DNA of 64,000 bases from Antedon mediterranea. Lineage: Eukaryota > Animalia > Echinodermata. Shown here one piece after another: positions 24,028 through 37,000 of this stretch. The stretch spans positions 25,606,001 to 25,670,000 of the forward strand of contig NC_092674.1 of assembly GCF_964355755.1 (NCBI RefSeq), in the 5' to 3' direction. The position numbers were made by a program, and so were the translations under genes. A model generated the notes under the pieces. The model did no database searches. It saw only the letters and a list, made by a program, of their open reading frames with translations, and was not told where the DNA came from. The stretch's first letter is position 1. Every line of letters starts with the position of its first letter.

Positions 24028-27000
24028 AGTTTCTACTCAACCAAGAAATAGAAAAATATTTTATCATGAATAACGATTCTTTACCACTAAGATTAAATAT
24101 ACCTAGGTAGAGTACGATGGAGGAATTCTAATAACTAATACTAACACTTAAATTGTACATTTCAGTATATTGCTGAAACAAATAAACATAAATCACTAGT
24201 ACTACTATAGTTAGTAAAGTTTTTCAATTAAAAACAATTTATTATATGCATGTTATGTTATTATAACCTAATAAAATAAATTCCAAGCCAAATAATCAGG
24301 ATTTTTTTTCATATCCCTTTATTGAGATTCAGGAGGATAACTTTAAATTTAACAGGAGCGTCTCAATTATCTTGAGACTTTGTGAGGTCTTACTGTACTT
24401 TGAAAAGATGTGTGATTATTACCTCAAGTAAATTGTCAGCATTTACAGGACCCTGACTACATTGTAGGCACAACAATACGTCTCTGCAGGTTTCTGTGAA
24501 GATGTCTTGTGGAAATGTGTGGATGACCTCAACGGCTTTTGAAAAACCTACATGCATGGAATAAACTTACATTCTAAAAATCAATTTACTTAGTTTATTT
24601 TCTATTTTTACGTACAAAGGTGATCTGTCATATACAGTGTTAACTGTTTTCTACGCACATTGATATAAAGCTAAATGAATTACTACTCTCGATCTGGGAC
24701 GGCTTATATTATTATTAGGCCGAAACGACTCGACAAACAATGACAGATTGGATCGTACTGCCGGTTCTACTCCTTTTATTTATACAGTATTTCCAGAGAG
24801 GTCGTGTGGCCTAGCTAGCCCCTAAGTGCTACACAGTAGGGCCTTCCCAGGTTAATAAGCTGTTTCGGTATCTAAAATACACATTTTTTAATATCTGGGA
24901 CTATTCTATATCTATAAAAAGTAAGAAGAAACCAGGTCTAGCTGAATTAATTGAATTTAATTCTACCTTTTGGTACGCATACAAGGATCGCCATGTTTCG
25001 TCCGCCGACGCGTGAGGATGATATCATAGGGCGCCCTCTATGTTATCAGTTCTTTCTTACTGCTGCTCACAAGTTACACTTTACAGTGAGTATCAAACTG
25101 GTGGATGTACGAAAAAAAAAGCTGCACTTTGGTGTAATATTTTGCACCAGCAAAAACATGTGAAAAAGATGTTACTCTTTAGCTTTATAAATAGTGTTGG
25201 CTTTTTAAGTAAAAACAAAACAATTTTTTTCTTAAGAATGGTGGTTTTTATTTCTTTCGTTTGAGAACAATGCATAACATAACGAATCGGTCTTGGTCTA
25301 TAAAAAAAAAATCAAAAAAAAAATCAGAACTTAATGTTTTAGAAACAATTTCATATCAACACATTTTAATGCATATTGTGTGCAACATGTTCTACATATA
25401 GAAATGTGTCTCTATTCTGAATAATATATGTACTGAAATATGGATGGTATATATCTAGTTGCACATATGAAAAAGGCGTAATGAATCGGTTTTGGATTAA
25501 GGACGGGAATACATTAATTAAAAACATTGTCTCCGGGAAAACTAAATACAATATAAAATGGAGGTTGTATATTTGACACCGAGTGCTGTATATTTTTCAC
25601 TTGCCAGCAAAACTAAGTCTAGTCGGGTGTAAAAATTTAATCTTAAGGCCTATATAGTCTGTCTACACTATCAAACTAGTTTGACAAAGAAAGGGTAATG
25701 TGCCCAAATATGGTAGTGATATGCCCACATATGGTAGTGATATGACATCATTATTTCCATATATGGGCACATCACATTTTGTTGTCGCATAAAGTTACAT
25801 TACAACCATAACTTTGTATGTCAAAGACCAATGGCCGTTTTTACCAATTACACTGAAGTTAGATATTTCACTTAACTTAATAAATATTTCAGTATTTCCC
25901 TAAAATTGTATTCACTTAGATAGGAGAGTTTAATTTTAAGGGTGTTTCCTTAGAATAGCCTAAGTGCGAATGGCAAAGACGGCCACAGATTCCTTGTCTT
26001 TAGAGGCATGTTCATCACACACACAAATGTTTATTTTGGATTCTGTAATCAAAACATACGAGTGAATGCAGCACATGAACATTTAATATATTGTATTATG
26101 TAACACCTAAATAAATTCCTGTCATTTGATTGGACGATTGTGGGTTACATGGTGTGCAATAGTACGCACTATCCAATCACCGGACCTAATCAGAGCTTAG
26201 TGTGAACATTTCTTAACATAATATAGTCTTTGATATACACAGTCTGGCAAAAATCATAAATATGGAGTAAATTCAATCCAGCACATTTTTCTTTAAAACA
26301 GATTTGACAAAATTAACTCAAAGTTAAAACTATGTTACATGTTTTTAATTCTGTTGATTTTAACAAATCGAATGTTTTTTGATAGCCTATAGCAATTTAT
26401 GAAATAAATAATCATTTTATTTTTTTGTATTACAAACAGAATCACCACTGCAATCATTAAAATACATCTGCCTCAATAACACTGAATGTTTCAATTTGAA
26501 ATCTCTCATCTAAAAATCACAGTTAATGTAGTTATTCTACTTTCATTTCTAAAAAAATTGCTATTGTTGGATACAGAAATTTCAACACAAAATACAAGTC
26601 TGTAACCTGTACAAAAACACAACATCAGCAACAATTTTTGGTTATTTTCTACGAAAAAATGTGAATATTGGGAATTCTTTCAAAAAATTCATACAAATAC
26701 TACACTGCATTTCAGCCTGCCATTCACACTATGATTCAGTATGATGCTCAGAAAAAAAAAATCATTACTGTGTATTGAGCTAACTGAATGACATACATAC
26801 ATATACTCATACCATACTCATTTTTCAATAGGTTTTTTTTCTCTAGCCTTTTTTCAATTGAGCTATACCTGGATGGCCTATTACATAGATATGGAAATCT
26901 TCTAGAGTTGTGTTCTATATATGAAATTGTCAATATTATTGAAATAAACAACTATGCTTTTTTTTAGGCTATCCTGGAAAATCTTTTATAAATGTATTTG

Positions 27001-27290
27001 ATCAGTAGTATCACTTCGTATGTATTTTTTATGATTTTCCAAAAAATTCAAATCAAATTAATTAAAATTGCTATGGAATGTTAGCACAGATATAAATTAG
27101 CATGCATGGTATAAAATACGATTTTGTTTGTAACATGGCCCAATATTAGGTTTACTAATTCCTCTATGTTTGAAAAATTGCCAATGTAAACATTTCAAAA
27201 CCACCATAAAGGCTGTGAAAAAAATTTATTTTCTTTTTCGCTGTAATGAGAGCATGTATAATTGGGATAATGCATGAATTTGAAAATTAA

Positions 27291-27611
27291 AGATGTATTG
27301 TCACCCAAAAACATGAAAAATGAAGATTATTTAAATCAGACTTTGAATATGTTATTTTGTAGTTTTAATAAAGTTAATAAGTTCCATAGAAAAAAAAAAT
27401 GTTTTCACTTATAAAATGACAAAATAAATGGTCAAATTCAACCAAAAACCCATTGGCTGGCAGCCAATTTGACCAAAGTACAGTTTTTTCAGGTAAATAC
27501 ATTTTTTTTCGATCAAATTTTTGGTGAAAGTGGATAACCATTATGTTACATTCAAATGGCATATTAAAAAAAAAATTGTACAAATTATTTTTTCAGGGGA
27601 ACAATACATCT
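27291..27611. mobile_element. ~320-bp MITE with TTAA flanks (Kolobok-like)
   Basis: ttaa|AGATGTATTGTC...ACAATACATCT|ttaa. Homologous to 50040-50359, with a partial copy from 36822. Confidence 0.8.
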
Positions 27612-27779
27612 TTAACCGATAGGTAATTAATTGATAGGTAAGTAGATACTTAGTTTGAAATATGTTGGAAACATTCACTTTATGTTGCTAAGTTTACTAT
27701 GCGATAAAGTGCATTATCACACATTTGTTACCCAACACTAACCAGTAATACCAGTAAAATGGTGTTAATACGAACACCA

Positions 27780-27920
27780 GAAACATAGTGTCAAGAAACA
27801 CTAACATCAGTAATATGATGTTAAGTAACACTAACATCAGTAATATGATGTTAAGTAACACTAACATCAGTAATATAAGTAACACTAACATCGGTAATGT
27901 GATGTTTAAGTAACACTAGT
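27780..27920. repeat. ~30-bp tandem repeat downstream of the NAA15 stop codon
   Basis: aagtaacactaacatcagtaatatgatgtt repeated about 4 times, imperfectly. Confidence 0.75.
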
Positions 27921-28026
27921 ACATGATGTATGTTACATAATACCAGCCACAGTGCTAAGATACACAGTCCATAGGTTAAACACTGTTCATACAGTGTTAA
28001 CTAACACTAACAAAGGTCCTTTTTCA

Positions 28027-31000
28027 TCAGGTATTTGATATAAGCTCACTGCCAGCATCTCCGGTAGAGTTGCATGTTTTCCCCATAACTGTTGACTCTT
28101 TAATTAATTCTGCATTTCCGTTTGTTTTCAACGATACTAATTCATGCTTCTCTTCGTCACTCAGGAATGATGGAGATAAAGGAAATTGCTCGCGGCATTT
28201 CTTTCGGTATAAGTTAGCTGCGTTGGGATTTTTGAAGTCACTTGTAATTGCTTCTAGAATAGTTGTGCATAACTGAAAAGGAATTTTGAAATTATCGATG
28301 TGCACAGAATGAAATAAGATAGGGAAGGGGTGTTTGATGGGAAGGGTTAATTGTGCTTGGTTTGGCCCAACCACTGAACGTGATTATGCTATAATTCAAG
28401 CCATGTTTAATTCATCAAGAATTGTTCAACCTGGTCAAGAATTGTTAAACCTGGTAAGAAGGTCGACAACCAAGTCAATGGTTGTGTTCAGAAGGTGAAT
28501 AAGTCAGTGTTCAGTAGAGCATGTTATTCTTTGTTAGTGGGTTTACCACCTATATGCAAATTACCTTTAATAAAGCGTGTCAAGAGTTGTTAACCTGGTC
28601 ATGAGTTCTTTAACCTGGACAAGAGGTTTTCAACCAGGTCAAGGGTTGTTTAACCTAGTCAAGAGTTTTTCAAACAGGTCAAGAAGTGCTAAAATCTGGT
28701 TAAGATGGTAAAATTAATCACAGAAGAGTAAAAAAGCAACAAGTACTAACCCGAGGTGTTCTATGTAACATGTTGTCATCCAAGTTAGTTAATTGAGATA
28801 TGGCAGCCTCTTGTGTTGACGGGTCTATTAATACCTGCATCTTGCATCCTGTAAATAAATTTTAAAAACATTCTTATCTTTGAATATTAAAGTTAAAAAA
28901 CAATGGTGTAAAAGTTGATTATCGCCTTTAGGTCATACATATTTTAAGAACTGGGCATTACAGTATGGTCACATTTAAAGACCAAACTAAACAATTTTTG
29001 TTCGATTGTTAATTTGCAAATATGGTAAATAATAAAAAACAAACAAAAGGAGGTTTGTCTTTACCTGCAAGCAGGTGTGGTAGAGACGTTGCATGGGTTA
29101 CACGGAAATCTTTATTATACTCCTCAAGTTCCCTTCCATTTAACATTTTTTGCATTTCATCAGATATAACAGTGTCAACGGCTTCTGGTAACGTCTGCTT
29201 TTCCTTCACTGTGCACAAAAAAAGTGACAAAAGAAAGTGTTAATGTACATTAAAATTAACGCAAACACTTTGGTACCCAACATACTAAATATACCGCCAA
29301 AATGTTAAAACATAAACTTTGGGACATACCCCTAATATCACCTACAATTTGTTGGGTCCTGAAGGTGTCCCTTTAATAGGAGTTATACTGTATTTGTTTC
29401 CCTTTGCTTGTTTTACAGGAAAGCGTCATTTTATTAGGGTGACCCAATGGAGGGGTTATACTGTATTTTAGTATCAAGTAAAAAAATATATATTTTCAAT
29501 AAATTCAATTAGCAGCAATAGCAATCAAAATTAAACTTGTAGCCTACTTGTGCATTTCCATTAAAAATATATAATTTATAATTTAAATAAAAAAATAAAA
29601 TATTTTTACTTACGTAGCATGGCGAATTGAACAATACATTTATGTAGTTTGGGGTCGGAGGGTTCTAAGGCATACGCCCTCTTGATGGACTGCAACATTA
29701 ATAGTACCTTGTCTGCAAGAAAACAAAATTTAAAATAAAAAATATACATAACCTTTGCTTATACAAATATAACTCCATATAATACGTACAATATTTATAA
29801 ATTGTGTTTTCCAATTTAATTTGTTTTAGGCTAGGAATGGGATCTAAACTTTAACTAGTATACAGGTAACAACATTTGATATATTTAACGCATATGCAAC
29901 AAAGTTGTTGAGATCTAAGCATTACGGTATAATTTTAGTGTAATAATCTTACCTTTCCTATAGTAGATATCGAATGCCAATAGATGGGTTTGAATCTTGT
30001 CCTTAGCTAATGTTTGTAAAGGTTTTAAGAAATAGAGTGCTTCTTGTAATGGGTTTTCACACTGAAACAAAACAAAATTGACAATGCAACAATGGTATGT
30101 GTGTGTGAACAGGTTGCTACAGTACAACCAATCTATCATAATAGAATACTTGCCTGAAAAGGGTATCAAACAATTGGTAAATAATATAAAATAACTATTC
30201 AAGTCATCAAATAAGCTTTAACTTATAACATTTCTTCTTTGCTTTAGCAAAGGGCTTAATTAACATAATTTGTGTGTGTGTGTGTGTTTATTTGGTGTTT
30301 TTTAAATGGCCATCCCAAAGATTTATTACTAGATGAGTGACCAAGTGGAACCGTAATACCTTGCCATATTAACATCGGCAAGTGTTCGAGCCTCACTCGC
30401 TCCTTGGTTCTGGTGGTAGAACGAGTCTTCTCGGATAAGGACTATATGGCTCATGTGCACTTTAAAGAACCTAGCACATCTTTCGAGACGAGTAGAGGGT
30501 TATCCCAATGGACTAATATACACACAGCCACTGTCACACACAGACACTTATCATAACTCATCAAGAGGGCCCCTTGATTGTCAGCATATGCTGTTTAGGG
30601 TCACCCCCTATAAATAAGGCGAAATAAAATATATATCAAAAAATAAAGATATGTGCTAGAAAGTAATAAAGTGAGTGATGTACTGTGATTATTACCTTTT
30701 CTAATTTATCTGGAATAAGTTCTTCTTCCTTCGGTCCCTCACTTTCTGCATCTTTCTTTTGTTTGCTATCAGACTTTATCTTCTGTTCCTCCTTTTCCTG
30801 CGCCTTCTTTTGCGCCCTTCGTTGTTTACTTTTTAATTTCTTCAATTCCTTTGGAGTTAGATTCTCGGTGTCTAGTTGGTCCATCCCGTCGTTATCTTGG
30901 ATTGGCTTGTCATGTAGGTGAACGTAAACCTTCAAATAATTACAACAAATAATTATATAAGACGTCAACAAAATAATGACTTTATAACATTTAATTCGGA

Positions 31001-34000
31001 CATCATAGAGAGTTATGGATTTTGATGCACGGTGGTGGATCAAGGATTTTGAAATAGGAGGCAGAGGGAGGGGAGTGGCAGGGTTCAATACCGTATATCC
31101 TCTGGTATAATCCCACCCAACTACAACACAAATTCTCAGTGAAACCTGGTTCAGATAAAACATCATTGTTAAGCATTTCTTGTAAAAACTCATCTGAGAG
31201 AGGCCTAAATCCAGACCAAAAGTCAATACTGGGACTATACCCGGGGATATGCTTGTTTGTGAAATTATAATTCCTCCGCATTCAATAGAACACAAATTGA
31301 GGATGAAGGTTTGTAGTGTTAAACTTATATTATAAATAAATCATATCTGTTCAGATATAGTATTTGATAGAAAAATATAATTCTTTTAAAACTTTAGATT
31401 TAGTAACGTAATTATACAACAATCATTGTAAATACATTTACAGCACAAAATATAATGAGTAAGAGATAACTAGATCATCTGGTTACAGTAATCGATACCC
31501 AGGTGTATAAATGGGTACTGGTTAAATCAAGACAAAACTTAGTGCTGATTACTAGCTGCATTATTGAAGTATGTTTCCATACATGTTTTTGTTGTGCAAT
31601 AAGCGCTATATAAGAACGAATATTATTATTATTATTATTATTGGTAGAGCTAGATATATATCAGAAAATTATAAAATAAAGCAAATTGTATTTGTATTCC
31701 TGAAAATGTCATGAAAATCATTGTAACAAGACACTATACAATTCAGGATTACACTTTAATATGGCATACATTTTCCCCTTTGTAAGACACTGAAATCTAT
31801 CTCACAAAGTCTACTTGTATGCAGAGTGTAGAAATACTAGCAAAACATATTTTTTACTTTGTCACTAACCTAACCCAGTCAATATGGTGAAATGGCTGCG
31901 AGGGCTTCACTTTATGGAACACCAGTGTAGTGTAGGAAAGATATGTTATTCTTACTCTACTAAGGCATTGGTGACAGTAGGAGCAATTAAATGTGAAAAA
32001 CATTGGATATTCTCAAGTGACATTGGCTTTAAATAATTACCACAACAGCCTACCTCTATTGCCACCTGAGCAGCTTTGAAAAAGAACCTATGACGACGAA
32101 TAACATCTTCTAAACGAAGTAGACTAACATACGCCCTCAACGTCATTTTCCGTAAACAGTATGTGTGAAAGTCAAATTGATCTTCATTTATTTCACAAAA
32201 ATGCTGAAAAATAATATAGATTAAATTATAAAATACTAAATAATAATAATTTAGACAACTTTTTTGCTCAATTTAACCAACACAAATATAAGCAAAAAAT
32301 ATAAAGGTGAAACTTTTGGAAACTAAAGCCGCCGAAATTTAAACAGAGATTAAAGCAATATTATAACAATAGAAATATTTAAGTTAAGTAAATCACATTG
32401 TTATTTTGGTTTGTTCTTTTTTGTTTGTACTAATTGTTTGATCTTTTTTTTTTTAGGGTTACATGCTTAAAAGCACTTGTGCTTATTTTGTATCCCATTC
32501 CATTATCTTATTATTTGTATTGTATTTGTATATGTTTTTATTTTGATTATGGAATAAAAATGTCGATGAAATTGAATTGAATTGAAATAGCCCTTAAATG
32601 GATGTCCCATTTCATGTCAGCCCAACTGGGTACATTAAGCTGTCTACACTATCAAACTAGTTTGGCCTCAGACAGCAGTATCTCAGCTTGTTAATTAACT
32701 GGCTTGACGTACCCTATCCACTTGAAAACATTTCTTTAAAGCCTCTCCGTACTTTCCTTGTCGCTGATAACTTGACGCACACTCCGTCTGGAACCACATA
32801 CATTGCATCTCATTTAAGTTTTCCATAGCTGCTACACTCTCCTATGTTAGAAAATAATATTTAAAAAATACATAAATATTAATATCTTTTTCTATGAATT
32901 TTTTTATCTGTCTATCTTAAGTCAATACTGGCAACTATAGTATAACCAGAATTTTCAGAGAAGTTTTCAGACAATGTTGATATATATTTTTTTGTGTGCT
33001 ATCATGGAATAATTTATTTTAAAGGTTCGCTCAACACAAGATGTTTTTCTGCATCTGCCTTCAAACTCTGACCTTATATCATCATTTTTTGCATTGTATT
33101 TATTAACTTTTGTCTGCAAATAAATAATATAAATACGTGCATAATGAATTAACATGATGCAAGTAGTTTCCGATGTTGTCAAAAACTTTTTAGTGGAGCT
33201 GTAACTTGGTGGTTAATGTGCCTGCCTACCAATCAGGGTTCAACGCCGACCTAGTGCCAGGGTTGTAACTCGCAACTCTTTCAACTCCACTCTCTAAGCA
33301 TCAAATGAGACTTAGTTTATAAGCATGATAAATTATAAACTAGTTTATACATCCTGTAATTGGCGAGTTTGTGCTCGCTGTTGGATGCGTATGAAATAAC
33401 AAAAAAATATAAAAACAACATCTTACCCTTGTGAATTTACTGCACATGTCTTCAGCTTCTTTTACTAAGTTTCCCTTTAGTAGATACTTGGCACATTTAG
33501 AGTTAATAAACCGATCAGCCGTGTCTAATGATTGCGCTTCATCCATGCATTCAATCGCCTTCTGAATGTCCCCAGCATGCTAAAATATTATACAAGTACA
33601 TATTGTCATTGTAACCGATTTGAATTATCTTTTGTGCCAGGGATCAATAACTTGTAAAAAGTGTTTTCAGTGTTTTTTAGAGCCCCTCCAAAAAATTAAG
33701 GTTGACACTCACTGTTGTTAAAAGATGACATTTTGTTGATGTATAGGGTTTCTACTGTGCATTAATGTAATTATGACGTAGTTGGCCAAAACATACGACC
33801 ATTAAGTATAACATGCAATACTATGTAAAATAGTTATCAGTCTCTATCACTGAGTAAACCATTAATGCATATTTCTTGTGCATGCATTACATTTATGAGG
33901 AAAAAAAATATTAAAACTTCACAATAATTTCTTGATAATAATAATAATGCATAAAGTTCAACTTATAATTTGTTTAAATTGTCACAATTCACTGATCAGA

Positions 34001-37000
34001 GGTCAAGCAGTATGTTTGACCTGGTTATTGAAGGAAGACCATACAGTCTCAAACCTATCTACCTTATAAATCTTAGCTTTCACTACAAACAGTTCTATAT
34101 GGACTGGCGTGTGCTCAATGGCTTTATCAATGTATTCCAACGCCTTGACTGAATCACCCATCATGTCATGGTGTATCGCTAGGTAATACCAACCCCACAT
34201 CAACATCGATGGCATACCAATTTCTGCACTTGGATCTGAAAGAGCAAAATATAATGTTGCAATAAGCTAGTGATATTGGGCCTGTTTAGGCTTAGTTATT
34301 TACATGGTCAAATCTGACCTACACACCGAAGTTACCAATAACTATGCCCAGGTAAATAACTGCGCCTGAACAGGCCCAACTTTATGTTAAAGGCCAGGTA
34401 CGGGCAAAAAATTTCTATTGATCATACATTCCAATAATTATCGATCTTTAGTTTTCCCTATGTTTCATAATTTTTCGGATTTTATTTGTGTTACACGACC
34501 TTGTTGAAAATAAGCACTTTCTTATCAGTGGGGGGATAGTTCAAATTACACAGTAAAATCCCTATTCTTTTGTACACAAATTTTGTAAATAGAGAGGCAT
34601 TTTAAAAAGCTATGAAAAATAAACGGTGTGGTAAAAAATGTTATCAGATGACTAAATATAGGTAATATAACTTGAATATTACATTTCTGATATTTTTATT
34701 CAACTTCAGATTTTTATTTTCATGCTATAGCAAAAATTATCCACCGTATATCCACCATCTTTTTTCACCATCTAGGGAGTCACCAGACATGTTATTACAT
34801 TAGGTTAACCACCTAACTACTGAAAAAAAGTCTTCCTGGTTTTTATGGAAGAATTTTGCCAAATTTTGTATTTGACTATATTAAGGGAAATTCATGTTTT
34901 TTTGTCTCGATTTCTGTTACAAATATTTGATTTATGTACAATTAACCAAATATTATATTTAAAATTGATGCCTGTAGCTTAGCTTAGTACAAATACAAAA
35001 CAAGAGGGATAAGAAACAAAATATTGATATGATTCTTTTTTTTTTATGTTGGAAGAGGCTCAGAAACAAAGAAAGAAAACAAAAGTTTAATAAATTCTAC
35101 AAACAACAATTAAACATTTTGTAATTATTCATTCAGAAAAATAAGATTACTAAAATCCCAGTCCCTAAAGAGGTCCTTATTTGGAGGTACACTGTAATGA
35201 CATACCATGACCATATAGGTTTCCAGTCGTTTGCAGAGAGTTTACATGGTCCATAAGAATTCTCTCTATCAAAGCTGACTTCACTTTGTTTGCATACAAT
35301 GCCTTGATATTCGTCATTGCTGGGGCCACTCCTTTCACTAATGCTTTTTGCAGATACATATCAATCATAACTTCAAATTCATCGCCTATAAAAGAGAAAT
35401 TCATTCATTCATTCGGTTCCAATAACAACATACAAGAACACAACTTTGTTTAAAAGCAATACACAGGAGAATTAAAACTGGTACAAAGCTTACAATAAAA
35501 CATGAAAAGCAGAAAAGACATGAAATAGATGATTTAAAATTAACCACAAAAGAACTAGCATAGCACAACCTAAAAGTTCTGCCTACGGAATAAATAAATA
35601 AAATTAATAAAACGATGTTGTTATATTGTAATAATAATAAACATAACAAACAGTAATAACATATTTTTTTTTTAGGGGGGGGGGGGGACGGGGGGTTAGA
35701 CACTCTGTTTGACAGTCAACCTTTCTTTACTATGTAACTATGTTAGGCTCGGTCTACACTATCAAACTTTGTGACAAAAAATGTCATGTGCCCATATGTG
35801 GACATGATGACATCATATCAGTACCATATTTGGGCACATCATACTATTTTTGTCAAATTAGTTCGCTAGTCTAGACAGAGCTTTACATATGTTTAAATTG
35901 GATTGAGCAGTAAAAACTGATTTGCAGAAAGACTTTAACCGGATCTTACCATGAGCTACTTTCATCATCAGATGTTTTGGCATGGACGCTCTTGAATATT
36001 TTTCTGTAAATGGTTTGAATGCTGCAGCCTTTTCGTCATCGGTGTGACAGTCACAAGCAGTAGCGTACGACTCCAAGTACAGCTTGTTTTCAGGATTCCT
36101 CTCCAGCAAACCTTCATAGATGTGCGAGGCTTCTACTTTTCTGCCTAGCTTTAAAAATATCTCACCTGGGATTAGAAAGGTTAAACGATTGTCAATTAAT
36201 CAATACAGTCACGTCATCAATAATAAAATGAATAATAATTAATAATATCAATAACAAATAATAGCAATAGCATACTTCTAATCATACAATGTATTTAACA
36301 CATTTTATCCAAAATTGTACACATTTAAAGTTGGGTAGAATTTTCAAATCGTTAATGTTGAAAATAAACAACGAAACCGGTGATCGAGCCGAACCGCTAA
36401 TATTTACAAATTGTTACCAAATCATTCATAGTTTTTTGGTTAAACAATATTAACATTGATTTTTACCAGTAAAATTGTTGATAAAATCGTACGTAAATCC
36501 CCTGGATCATGCTTAAAAGGAGAGTGTGGAGTGCAAGTTTATAACTTAAATTTACAGTTCAATTCAAACTATATAACCTATTTTTTTACGAATTAAATTC
36601 CTAAAACACACCACATTATATACCTCTAGTTTCCTGGACAGAGAGTCTATCGTTAATTTGATCTTCATACTGGTTCAGATGCCCGAGGGCTTCTTCTAGC
36701 TTCCCAGCATCCTTCATGACATCGTTTTGATAGAGTAAGAATTCACTATGTTCATAGTCGTACTGTTTTACCTGCTGAAAAAACAAATTAAAAAATATAT
36801 TGTAATTCATCTTCAATTTAAAGATGTATTTCCCCCAAAACATGAAAAATAAAGATTAATAAAATCAGACTTTGAATAGACCATTTTGCAGTTTTAATAA
36901 AGTTATTCACTTCTGTAAAAAAATCAAATGATTATACTTATAAAAGGAAACGGTTAATTTTAACCAAAAACCAGACAATTTAAGTTTTCAAATAAACGTG

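Larger units (their letters stand above)
1..24030 (+). repeat. Tandem gene array of collagen-C1q units (~3.25-3.3 kb period); continues off the left edge of the window
   Basis: Promoter, intron, CDS and 3' flank blocks recur. ATG spacings are 6102>9350 = 3248 and 9350>12636 = 3286; 12636>17300 = 4664 is explained by a 1.27 kb LINE plus a 119 bp duplication. The window begins inside a unit's intron. Confidence 0.95.

Noticed and set aside
24951-27000. Short ORFs between the C1q array and NAA15
   Set aside because: Low-complexity AT-rich translations with no recognisable domain or exon chain.
30930-31295. Upstream part of the 219-aa ORF 30636-31295
   Set aside because: Only 30696-30929 is an NAA15 exon; the rest is intron. 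A short stretch (NNDVLSEP) may be a decayed LINE remnant but is too weak to call.
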